64,000 nt of DNA from an uncultured Pseudobdellovibrionaceae bacterium. GTDB lineage: Bacteria; Bdellovibrionota; Bdellovibrionia; Bdellovibrionales; JAGQZY01. Shown in pieces: positions 56,140-64,000 of this stretch (its first letter is position 1; each line of letters opens with the position of its first letter). A program made the translations under genes and the position numbers. The stretch spans positions 848 to 64,847 of the forward strand of contig CAZOGU010000008.1 of the NCBI GenBank assembly GCA_964579625.1, written 5' to 3'. Under the pieces are notes generated by a model. The model ran no database searches, was not told where the DNA came from, and saw only the letters and a program-made list of their open reading frames with translations.

Positions 56140-59091
56140 TTATTTTAGAGCTTTTTCTGCCTTCATATTTTCGAGACGACCTTGTAAATAAGCCACCATC
56201 GAACTGCGTCCCAGTTGTTTTTCGTAAGCCAATAATTGTTCCAGTCGTGTTTTATCAAATGGTGATTCGCGCACCGACTGTCTCAATTTTTCAACATCGG
56301 CAATGGCTGGCGTCTTATTGTCCGTTGCCGCAACACTTCTGACTGTGAGCAGACCCTGAAGATCCGCAGGAATCGATGCCTTTACAACATCCATCTCTTT
56401 TGCAAATACCGTGCGCATCGGCTCAACTTGTGCTTGAACTCCTTCACTGAACTTACTGAAGGCTTCTTTGTTTTTATAAATTTCTGAAAGTTTTGCTTGA
56501 ATGTCGTTGGCTTTGGTTTGATGTGGAGCTGCTTGCTCCGACAAAAGTCCAAGATACTGTTGCTCTTCCTCTGCACTTAAACCTTGTGGCACAGGAAGAG
56601 AGAGAACTTCATTATAAAAACGTTGATGTTCCTGAGCGAGAAGATTCAATAACACAATTTGCGCCGCCCACTCTTGTTGATCCACAGCACGGGCTGCGAG
56701 CTTTTCGGTTTCTTCGATCAAGGCCACACGACTTTTTAAACTTTGAGCTAATTTTTTCTGTTGGCTTGAATCAATCGTGGATTGAGAAAATTTTTGCTTT
56801 TGCACCAACGCTTTTGCAATCAGCTCAGCTCGCACAGCGGCTTTGCCATAAGGCGTGACCACAAACTGAGTCGATGTTGTGATCGGCGTGAGAAGCTGTG
56901 TTTTTCCAGTTTTAGCATAAATTTCGTAAAGCACTTCGGTATAGAACTCAGGCTTTTTAATGAGAACGGTCTTAAAGGTTTCGAAATCTTTCTCTGGAGT
57001 CTTCGATGTTTTCACAATCTGAGCCACCACGGCTGTGGATTTTTCTGCATCTTTCGATTCTTTGACGAACTGTCGATAGTACGGCGACGAATCTTTTTGT
57101 GCCAAATCTGCAAGCAGGGCCATCTTTAAGTAACGTGTCGAGGGATCTGCCTCTTTAGTGGTGATTTTTTCGGTGGTGGCAAGTGCGCTCGCGAAGTCAA
57201 ATTGCAGTTCTGCAAGCCATGCTTTGCGGGAGAGCGCAAATTGCACATCGTCCTGACTAAGCCCGGGTTGACGCAACAACTGATCAGCGGCATCTCGGGC
57301 CGCAGATAGTTTTTGGAGCTTTTCGGCCAGGATCAGTTTGTTTTTAAGGAACGTATTTTTTTCTTCTTGCGAAGCGCCGGTCATATCAAATCGGTTGAGC
57401 GTCACCCAAGCCTTTTCCGAATCACCCGCTGACGCCAACTGTGAAGACTGCGTGAGAACAGACTTTCTCGCGACTCCTAAATATGATGCGGCCTGAGTTG
57501 GATGGGCGGCAGATAATTCTTTGGACCACGTTTCTAGACGTACATCATCTTTCATAAGAACAAGAGAATCCAAAGCTAAATCTGCGGCTTTGGCGCGAAT
57601 GTCCATCGGTGCGGATTTTTCGAGAGCCAGCGCTTTCATTTGTTCCGCCGATGTTTTGTAATCTCCCGCTTCATAGACAATATGGGCACGTTGATAGCGA
57701 ACATCCATCTCTTTTTTGCGCTCAACACTTAAATCGAGATAGGCTTGAGTGGTTTGGTTGATCAAACCAGGATTTTTTAAAAGTTCGGCGTTTTCGATCG
57801 CTGCTAGCAGTGAAGTTTCTAGCCATCCTTTTCGTGCGGCATCTATCTTAGAATCTTTTTTAATCTCCAAAGAAAGGGCTTGAGCCACGGTCAAATGTTC
57901 TTTGACCGCTAGCTCATGATCTTTCAATTGTGAAGCCACTTGCGCTTGCCATAAGCGCATATCGACTTCACCTGGAAAGACAGCAAGATATCTTTGATAG
58001 GACTCGAGTAATTCTGGGGACGGGCTTTTTTTCTCGAGTTGATTCCAATCTAGGACAAACTGTTTTAAGCGAGTTTTGAGCTGCTTGCAGGTGTCATCGA
58101 CACAGCTGCCAAGACTGCTCCATAGCGCAAGAGCTGTTTCGTAATCCTTAACAGCTTCTGTGCGGTTTTTGTGTTGCGACTGAAGCTGCGCCAAATGAAC
58201 ATGGCCTTCCATACGTGCTTTGGGTTCTTTTTGTCTTTGGATCGAATATCTCCACGCTGCGATGGCCGGTGCCACCTGCCCGAGGCGTTCGTATTCGGAG
58301 GCCAGGTAAGAGAGGTGTGCGAGTTTTGCGTTATCAGGACTCAGTTCATAAAGTTCATCGAGTTCTGAAGAATTAAAAGCTCGACGAGCCATAAAAGTTG
58401 CAAGATCGCGCGAGACTTCTTCTTGAAATTGTTTATCCACAGAAACAATTCCAGATTGGCTGCGCGACAAGAGTTCTGGTGATTTTAAAACTTTTTTGAG
58501 CTCGCTAATTCCTTGCTCAATATTTCCTTGGTTAAAATAGCACCACCCGGCGCGATAGCTGGCGAGACCTTTTTGCGAAGGATGAGAGGACATGACTTTT
58601 GTGTAATATTGCAAGGCGAGTCGGTAATCTCGTTTTTTAAAATAAATTTCGGCCAAAGAGAGCTCGGCTTCTGAAGAAATTTTTTCGTTTTTCTCTTTAA
58701 TAAGCTCCTGGTACATCGCAATAGCTTTCGCTTCGTTGCCAAGAAGTTCGTGCAAGTGCCCGACTTGAGTATTTACGCGGGCTTTTTGATCATGATCTAA
58801 AGTAGGTAGGACATCGTTATAGATTCGAATGGCTTTTTCGCGATCCTTATTCCCAGCTTTGCAAACAGTGCAGCCCTCATTCAGTTCCTTCATGGAAAGA
58901 CGACGACCACGCTCGGCATGAAGATCGGCCAAACGAAGGAGAATCGACTGGCGTGAGGAATCGTTGGGTGCAAGATTGAGGCTCACTTGTGTGAGCTTTT
59001 CGATCAGCTTCTCTTGAGCCGCTTGATCTATATCTTGAGCGATTCCACCAACAGCTAACAACGAAATAAGAATAAAAACAATTTTACGCAT
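56140..59091 (-). CDS. large secreted TPR scaffold protein (GltD/AgmU-like), cluster 2
   Basis: 983 aa with a signal peptide. Collinear with 5024..7999 (LRLADL.AER.R, GCTVCKAGNKDREKA, YRAGWCYFN, VSRDLATFMAR). Confidence 0.7.
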   Translation of the reverse strand: MRKIVFILISLLAVGGIAQDIDQAAQEKLIEKLTQVSLNLAPNDSSRQSILLRLADLHAERGRRLSMKELNEGCTVCKAGNKDREKAIRIYNDVLPTLDHDQKARVNTQVGHLHELLGNEAKAIAMYQELIKEKNEKISSEAELSLAEIYFKKRDYRLALQYYTKVMSSHPSQKGLASYRAGWCYFNQGNIEQGISELKKVLKSPELLSRSQSGIVSVDKQFQEEVSRDLATFMARRAFNSSELDELYELSPDNAKLAHLSYLASEYERLGQVAPAIAAWRYSIQRQKEPKARMEGHVHLAQLQSQHKNRTEAVKDYETALALWSSLGSCVDDTCKQLKTRLKQFVLDWNQLEKKSPSPELLESYQRYLAVFPGEVDMRLWQAQVASQLKDHELAVKEHLTVAQALSLEIKKDSKIDAARKGWLETSLLAAIENAELLKNPGLINQTTQAYLDLSVERKKEMDVRYQRAHIVYEAGDYKTSAEQMKALALEKSAPMDIRAKAADLALDSLVLMKDDVRLETWSKELSAAHPTQAASYLGVARKSVLTQSSQLASAGDSEKAWVTLNRFDMTGASQEEKNTFLKNKLILAEKLQKLSAARDAADQLLRQPGLSQDDVQFALSRKAWLAELQFDFASALATTEKITTKEADPSTRYLKMALLADLAQKDSSPYYRQFVKESKDAEKSTAVVAQIVKTSKTPEKDFETFKTVLIKKPEFYTEVLYEIYAKTGKTQLLTPITTSTQFVVTPYGKAAVRAELIAKALVQKQKFSQSTIDSSQQKKLAQSLKSRVALIEETEKLAARAVDQQEWAAQIVLLNLLAQEHQRFYNEVLSLPVPQGLSAEEEQQYLGLLSEQAAPHQTKANDIQAKLSEIYKNKEAFSKFSEGVQAQVEPMRTVFAKEMDVVKASIPADLQGLLTVRSVAATDNKTPAIADVEKLRQSVRESPFDKTRLEQLLAYEKQLGRSSMVAYLQGRLENMKAEKALK

Positions 59092-59098
59092 AAACCCC

Positions 59099-59593
59099 TT
59101 ACTTCATCAAAATCGCAAATTTAATATCACTAAAACCCGCATTCCCCGTCGCAAGAATAATTGAGTTCATCTGGGCAAACTGCACGCGACGATCCGCCTG
59201 CAAAGTGACGATGCCTGGAAACTCTTCGTTGGGATGAGTTTCTTTGTATTGAGCGCGAAGCTCGAGAAGAGCCGCAACGAGATCTGTTTCCTTGATTTCT
59301 TTGTCTTCCAAAAAGAGTTTTTCCCCGTCAATTTTTATAACCGGGTTTCTCTCGATGACATCACCCAATGCCGCTTTTGGAAGCTCCATATCTTTTCCAA
59401 GAGTCAGAAGCTCACCGGTGGATGAAAAGCTCATCAATAAAAAAATGACGAGAATCGAAAATGCATCAATCAAGGCCGTCAAGAGAAGATCCGAAAAGAT
59501 ATTTCTTTTTTGTCGAGCGTGTTTTGGATTGAGGATCGAAACCGCTGAGAGTGTATGAAAAACAGAAGCTTTGACCGTCGATGTTGTCATCAT
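59099..59593 (-). CDS. ExbD/TolR-family protein, cluster 2 copy b
   Basis: LLLTALIDAFSILVIFLLM has the TM Asp. VTLQADRRVQFAQMNSII is an ExbD-type C-terminus. Ortholog-like to 4535..5020. Confidence 0.85.
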   Translation of the reverse strand: MMTTSTVKASVFHTLSAVSILNPKHARQKRNIFSDLLLTALIDAFSILVIFLLMSFSSTGELLTLGKDMELPKAALGDVIERNPVIKIDGEKLFLEDKEIKETDLVAALLELRAQYKETHPNEEFPGIVTLQADRRVQFAQMNSIILATGNAGFSDIKFAILMK

Positions 59594-60045
59594 AGTGGTG
59601 AAACTCCTAGGTCAATAAGACCCTGTTTTTTAAATTGATCCATCAGTGCTATCATTTCTTCGTAAACAGATTGCGCCTGAGGTTGAATCAAAGCTGTGCG
59701 CAATTCGGGCTCGAAGGTTTTTAATTCGTTCACAGCCCCTTCGAGATTTTGCAGATTGGCTTTTCCATCCACTCCCTTTACGACAAATTTACGAAGTTTT
59801 ACTGGAACCTTTTCGGTATCTTGAATATGCAGAGACAACTCTCCAGCCGCTCCCATATTGACCCAGAGCGTGGGCTTTTTAGGAGTTTCGCTGGCTGGCT
59901 GTCCGCCAACGGCTTGTTTAACATCCAATGTTCCAACCTGAACCCACACTGCCGTCAAAAGAAGAAAGCAAATGCAGGCCGATAGCAAATCAATAAATGG
60001 AATCAAATTGATTTCAAAATCCAAATGTTTTTTTCCGTGCTTCAT
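59590..60045 (-). CDS. ExbD/TolR-family protein, cluster 2 copy a
   Basis: DFEINLIPFIDLLSACICFLLLTAVW is nearly identical to the TM segment of 4076..4522. Confidence 0.85.
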   Translation of the reverse strand: MKHGKKHLDFEINLIPFIDLLSACICFLLLTAVWVQVGTLDVKQAVGGQPASETPKKPTLWVNMGAAGELSLHIQDTEKVPVKLRKFVVKGVDGKANLQNLEGAVNELKTFEPELRTALIQPQAQSVYEEMIALMDQFKKQGLIDLGVSPL

Positions 60046-60069
60046 CGAAGCTCCCCCCTAAAAAAGAAC

Positions 60070-60753
60070 TTATTCTGCGGCAGGATTATTTTTGTAGCGC
60101 AATCCTTTAACGGTCATAGGATCATAAGAGAAACTCAAAAGATTAAACGCTTTTAGCGCGCCTTGTGTGAGCTCTTCCATCAACGTGTTTGTGCGATTGA
60201 CTAAAACCGCATAAGCCACAAGTGCCGGGATCGCTGTGATCAGTCCGTAGGCCGTTGCATTCATCGCTTCAGAAATACCGGCAGAAAGTAGCGCCGCTTT
60301 TTCAGAAGGATTGGCGTAAGAAACCGCTGCGAATGATTTAATCATCCCAGTGATGGTTCCAAGGAGACCTGTTAAAGTTGCCACGTTACCAAGCATTGAT
60401 AAAAAGGACGTGCGCTTATCAAGAGCCGCATTTTCTGCGATCAAAACTTCGTCCATGCGACCTTGAATTTCTTCTTTGCCACCTAAATTTTTAGCAGCCG
60501 TCGCCCCAGCATAAATAGCCGTCGCCAGCGTGCTTTCCTTCATCCCTTGCGTTTTAGCAATCACCACATCAAGATCCCCACGACGAATCGTGTCTTCCAT
60601 TTGGGCAACAAATTCGACGTTGTTGGTTTTACGTGTCATAAATAAAAAATAAACTCTTTCGATGATAATCGCGATCGAGATCAATTGAATGATCATAATC
60701 GGATACATAAAGAATCCACCCTGTTCAAAGGCCATTGCAATTTTCGCTAACAT
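60070..60753 (-). CDS. MotA/TolQ/ExbB-family proton channel (AglR-like), cluster 2
   Basis: Start trimmed to MLAKIAMAFEQGGFFMYPI, preceded by GAGGGGGA. SMLGNVATLTGLLGTITGMIKSF and ISEAMNATAYGLITAIPALVAY. Confidence 0.9.
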   Translation of the reverse strand: MLAKIAMAFEQGGFFMYPIMIIQLISIAIIIERVYFLFMTRKTNNVEFVAQMEDTIRRGDLDVVIAKTQGMKESTLATAIYAGATAAKNLGGKEEIQGRMDEVLIAENAALDKRTSFLSMLGNVATLTGLLGTITGMIKSFAAVSYANPSEKAALLSAGISEAMNATAYGLITAIPALVAYAVLVNRTNTLMEELTQGALKAFNLLSFSYDPMTVKGLRYKNNPAAE

Positions 60754-60794
60754 AGGTTCCCCCTCAATAGATTGATGAACTGCTGACAAAATCA

Positions 60795-60825
60795 AAACAC
60801 AATCACCACGGACTTCAAACACAAT
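60795..60825 (-). promoter_or_regulatory. direct repeat AAACACAAT x2 (22-nt pitch) upstream of cluster 2
   Basis: aaacacaat at 60795-60803 and 60817-60825, within the longer tcaaa(a)cacaat(t)cac, 42-72 nt upstream of the start at 60753. Confidence 0.3.
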
Positions 60826-61000
60826 TCACAAAACTTTAATGAAGAACTTGAATTTTATTTATCGCAGCAAATTAACTTACAGAAAGTGAAATCGATATGA
60901 TCAGCAAAAACTCAGACCAAGCTTCGCGATGAACTTAATTTAAGCAAAAACAACTTATTCTTAAATAAACTTAAAAACGCAAATACACATGCGACAGAAC

Positions 61001-61160
61001 CGTTTTTCTCAAATTCAAAATTGCATTTTTCTAAAAGGTCTTTTTTAGGACCTCCGTTGAGCGTGACGCGATCGGCGAAGCAGACAACGGCAGAGCCAAG
61101 GACGAGCGTGTCCTAAAAAAGACCTTTTAGAAAAATGCAATTTTGAATTTGAGAAAAACG
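61001..61160. repeat. 160-bp palindromic element E2 (51-bp perfect arms)
   Basis: 61001-61050 is the exact reverse complement of 61111-61160, checked base by base, and 61051:61110 also pair. AT-rich arms enclose a 58-nt GC-rich core. Confidence 0.92.
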
Positions 61161-61165
61161 TGTCG

Positions 61166-61882
61166 TTAGTATTCGTCGTCGACGCGTTCGGTATCACCAC
61201 TGCTGATTCCGCGAACCTCTTCCATAAAGTTTTCATCTTCGAAGTCGTCCACATTGGTGCTTGCTTCGTCGATATCCAACTCCTGGATGGCACTTAAGAA
61301 ATCAGGCTCAGAACTTAAATCTTTACGAATCAGTTCCAAAAATTTAAGCGGGTACCGAGAGGTGAGTTCCTCGATGTATTGCTCGAGCTTTCCCTCGGAA
61401 AGAATTTTTTTGCGGTTTTGGATTTTTTTCCAGAAAAATAAATAATGATAACGGCAATAGTTTTCGACCACAGCCGGCTGATCGCAGTCCTTCACGCGGC
61501 AAAGAATGCGGCCTTCGGCATCCGTTAAAATGATGTCTTTAATGACTTTGGCCTCAACTTTAACTTCCACGACCTCTTCAACGACCACAGAACCTTTGGC
61601 TTGAAGAGTTTTTGGGGCTTTTGCTGGTGCAGATTGTTTTTTAGCAGTCTTTGCATCCATCGCTTTAACGGCGACAGGCTTAGCCGCGGCTTTGACTTTC
61701 GCGATTTTTTTAGGCGCTTCGGGCTTTTTCTTTGCAACCTTCGCTGGTTTTGCTGCTGCTTTTTTAGCCGGTTTTGCGGCTTTTGCAGGCTTAGAAGCCT
61801 TTTTAACAGGCTTCTTGGCCTTGGCGGCCGCAGGTTTTGCTTTTTTTACAACTTTGGAAGGTTTTTTTGCTTTTTTTGCCAT
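61166..61882 (-). CDS. histone H1-like Lys/Ala/Pro-rich protein with Cys/His-containing middle domain and acidic tail
   Basis: The first ~100 aa are AKKPxKKA-type repeats, followed by CRVKDCDQPAVVENYCRYH. The C-terminus is DIDEASTNVDDFEDENFMEE..DDEY. Confidence 0.6.
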   Translation of the reverse strand: MAKKAKKPSKVVKKAKPAAAKAKKPVKKASKPAKAAKPAKKAAAKPAKVAKKKPEAPKKIAKVKAAAKPVAVKAMDAKTAKKQSAPAKAPKTLQAKGSVVVEEVVEVKVEAKVIKDIILTDAEGRILCRVKDCDQPAVVENYCRYHYLFFWKKIQNRKKILSEGKLEQYIEELTSRYPLKFLELIRKDLSSEPDFLSAIQELDIDEASTNVDDFEDENFMEEVRGISSGDTERVDDEY

Positions 61883-62016
61883 GGCAGTAAGCTTTGATGC
61901 AACTCACAGGGAGAGTCAATAGGCCCCAGCGATAATTATACTGTGCATCGACCTCTTTACTTCCCCCGAAATTCTGTGTTCAATCGCGCTGTTTAAATAT
62001 CAATGAGGAGGATTTT

Positions 62017-63192
62017 ATGTCCACAGTTTATATTGTCAGTGCTGCGCGTACACCGGTTGGTAGTTTTCAGGGCACGTTGAGTACTCTTCCCGCCCCCAAA
62101 CTTGGTTCCATCGCTATTAAAAAAGCTCTCGAAAACGCGGGCCTCAAACCCGATGACGTCAATGAAGTGGTTTTTGGCGAAGTTCTCACCGCAGGTGTTG
62201 GACAAGCTCCCGCTCGGCAAGCCGCCCTCGGCGCTGGAATTCCCACTTCGGTTCCGTGCATGACTATCAATAAAGTTTGTGGCTCGGGTCTTAAAGCCGC
62301 CATGCTGGGTGCCGACTCCATCGCGCTTGGAAGAAGTGAAATTGTTGTGGCTGGCGGACAAGAAAATATGTCTCTCGCCCCTCACCTTTTAGAAAACTCG
62401 CGCGCCGGTTATCGCATGGGACATATCTCTGCGACGGATTCGATGATCAAAGATGGCTTGTGGGATCCGTATAATAACTTCCACATGGGCGAAGCGGCCG
62501 AGCTTTGTGTCCGCGAACACCGCTTTACCCGCGAAGAACAAGATCAGTTTGCGAAAGAGAGTTATGAATTGGCAATCCAAGCACAGAAGAATGGCTGGTT
62601 TACAGGCGAGATTGCGCCGGTCGAAATCCCTGCGAAGGACAAAGCGATTCTAGTTTCGCAAGATGAAGAACCCGGCAAAGTGAAATTTGATAAAATTCCC
62701 ACACTTCGCCCCGCCTTTCAAAAAGACGGAACCATCACTGCGGCCAATGCTTCAAAAATCAATGATGGCGCTTCGTGTGTAGTTCTTGCGAGCGAAAAAG
62801 CAGTGCTAGCTAAAAATTTAAAACCCCTTGCAAAAATTTTAACGCATTCCACTTATGCCCATGATCCAAAATGGTTCACCACGGCGCCGATCACAGCGAT
62901 CAAAAAAGCTTGCGAGCAAGCCAAACTTACGGTGGATCAGATTGATCTTTTTGAAATCAATGAAGCCTTTGCGGTTGTGACACTAGCGGCGATGAAGGAT
63001 TTAAAAATTCCACGCAGCAAAGTGAATGTGCACGGCGGTGCGATTGCCATCGGGCATCCCATCGGCGGAAGTGGCGCACGTCTACTCACAACACTCGTGC
63101 ATGCACTTAAAACGCAGAATAAAAAATACGGTCTTGTCACTTTATGTATCGGTGGTGGCGAAGCCGTAGCGATGATTGTGGAGCGTGTATGA
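62017..63192 (+). CDS. acetyl-CoA C-acetyltransferase (thiolase II)
   Basis: [22 protein letters not shown] (Cys), [39 protein letters not shown] Shine-Dalgarno upstream. Confidence 0.95.
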   Translation: MSTVYIVSAARTPVGSFQGTLSTLPAPKLGSIAIKKALENAGLKPDDVNEVVFGEVLTAGVGQAPARQAALGAGIPTSVPCMTINKVCGSGLKAAMLGADSIALGRSEIVVAGGQENMSLAPHLLENSRAGYRMGHISATDSMIKDGLWDPYNNFHMGEAAELCVREHRFTREEQDQFAKESYELAIQAQKNGWFTGEIAPVEIPAKDKAILVSQDEEPGKVKFDKIPTLRPAFQKDGTITAANASKINDGASCVVLASEKAVLAKNLKPLAKILTHSTYAHDPKWFTTAPITAIKKACEQAKLTVDQIDLFEINEAFAVVTLAAMKDLKIPRSKVNVHGGAIAIGHPIGGSGARLLTTLVHALKTQNKKYGLVTLCIGGGEAVAMIVERV

Positions 63193-63884
63193 TCAATAAA
63201 GTGGTCGCTGATTGCGACACAGCTTTAAAAGACGTCACTGACAATATGACTTTGTTGGTAGGCGGCTTTGGTCTTTGTGGACTGCCAGAAAATTTGATCG
63301 CCGCCTTAAAACGCACTGGTAAAAAAGGACTCACTTGTGTTTCCAACAATGCCGGTGTGGACGGATTTGGCTTAGGGATGCTTTTGGAATCGCGCCAAAT
63401 TAAAAAAATGGTGTCGAGCTACGTTGGAGAAAACAAAGAATTTGAACGCCAATTTTTAAGTGGCGAGCTCGAAGTGGAACTCAATCCGCAGGGCACACTC
63501 GCAGAGCGTTTGCGTGCTGGTGGTGCTGGGATCCCCGCTTTTTATACCCCCACAGGGGTGGGCACCGTCGTCGCTGACGGAAAAGATGTGCGCGAGTTTG
63601 ATGGCAGAAAATATGTTTTAGAAAAAGCCATTCGCGGCGACTTTGCACTGGTGAAAGCGTGGAAAGCTGATCCGTTTGGCAATTTGATTTATCGCAAAAC
63701 GGCGCAAAACTTTAATCCGATGATGGCCTCGGCAGGAAAAATCACCATCGCGGAAGTTGAAGAAATCGTTCCCTACGGAGCTCTTGATCCCGATCATGTC
63801 CACACTCCGGGAATTTACGTGCAAAAAGTAGTTTTAGGAAAAAATTATGAAAAACGCATCGAACAAAGAACAGTGAGACAATAA
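63189..63884 (+). CDS. scoA: 3-oxoacid CoA-transferase subunit A
   Basis: [57 protein letters not shown]. Start trimmed to MINKV (ATGA overlap with the thiolase stop). Confidence 0.92.
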   Translation: MINKVVADCDTALKDVTDNMTLLVGGFGLCGLPENLIAALKRTGKKGLTCVSNNAGVDGFGLGMLLESRQIKKMVSSYVGENKEFERQFLSGELEVELNPQGTLAERLRAGGAGIPAFYTPTGVGTVVADGKDVREFDGRKYVLEKAIRGDFALVKAWKADPFGNLIYRKTAQNFNPMMASAGKITIAEVEEIVPYGALDPDHVHTPGIYVQKVVLGKNYEKRIEQRTVRQ

Positions 63885-64000
63885 TGCCTTACACAAGAGA
63901 ACAAATTGCTCAGCGAATTGCGAAAGAAATCAAAGACGGCTTCGTCGTGAACCTCGGCATCGGTATTCCGACTCTTGTTGCGAACTATATTCCTGCGGGA
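63884..64000 (+). CDS. scoB: 3-oxoacid CoA-transferase subunit B, 3' end cut by window edge
   Basis: Not in the ORF track. The ATG overlaps the sco[41 protein letters not shown] is a typical subunit B N-terminus. Confidence 0.85.
   Translation, partial: MPYTREQIAQRIAKEIKDGFVVNLGIGIPTLVANYIPAG

Noticed and set aside
3370-60753. The possibility that the two clusters are a recent inverted duplication or an assembly duplication.
   Set aside because: Protein identity looks only moderate, and DNA identity is limited to short conserved patches such as cttggaaccatc and attaaatcattc. Gene lengths differ at several positions.
60904-60920. Sigma54-like TGGtctgagtttTTGCT on the minus strand upstream of cluster 2.
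   Set aside because: The GG-to-GC spacing is one nucleotide too long (11 rather than 10 intervening bases). Sigma54 promoters are spacing-strict.
61045-61293. 82-aa ORF running through palindromic element E2 into the H1-like gene.
   Set aside because: It is antisense or out of frame to a better-supported CDS. It owes its length to the repeat and has no start context.
61525-61922. ORFs 61525..61737, 61601..61897 and 61692..61922, in other frames or on the other strand of the K/A/P-rich gene.
   Set aside because: These are alternative readings of low-complexity GCn/AAR repeats. Only the 61166..61882 frame continues into a non-repetitive domain with a sensible start and stop.
1-64000. A search by eye for tRNA, rRNA, CRISPR repeats, transposase, integrase or phage genes, and DnaA-box clusters.
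   Set aside because: None were recognised. Intergenic regions are short apart from those described, and no T-loop GGTTCGAATCC-type motifs or regularly spaced repeats were seen. This is a manual scan, so small RNAs could be missed.

Overview
This is a densely coding, moderately AT-rich chromosomal window with about 69 CDS. I saw no rRNA, tRNA, CRISPR array, transposase or integrase. The dominant feature is two paralogous, fully syntenic 10-gene clusters in inverted orientation: 3370-13463 on the + strand and 50140-60753 on the - strand. Each encodes a MotA/TolQ/ExbB-type channel, two ExbD/TolR-type proteins and a ~990-aa TPR scaffold. Each also encodes a ~100-aa secreted protein, a Gly-rich bitopic protein with an AgmX/TonB-C-like C-terminus and an Ig-like lipoprotein. 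The last three genes are a small outer-membrane beta-barrel, a second helical/TPR protein and a VWA/MIDAS lipoprotein. I read these as compact Agl/Glt-type (myxobacterial/Bdellovibrio-like gliding or focal-adhesion) envelope motors that carry their own stator and an in-cluster CglB-like adhesin candidate. This is inference from motifs and gene order. Copy 1 is preceded by a sigma54-like -24/-12 site and followed by a CheX-CheY pair. The ~36.7 kb between the clusters is mostly housekeeping: hybrid histidine kinase, thiolase, alpha-carbonic anhydrase, hemB, apt, M48 protease, bamB/yfgM-like, Leu dehydrogenase, DEAD-box helicase, dnaE, guaA, guaB, miaB and exported msrB/msrA. Non-coding oddities are listed below.
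- Two ~160-bp elements have perfect 38-bp and 51-bp inverted arms around GC-rich cores (48744-48910 and 61001-61160).
- A short GTCATCCTGAGCGAAG-type intergenic repeat family occurs at four loci.
- A two-gene nucleotidyltransferase + BrnA-like cassette is bracketed by 14-bp direct repeats that duplicate the 3' end of the kinase gene.
The gene content suggests a Bdellovibrio-and-like organism, at low confidence and by inference only.
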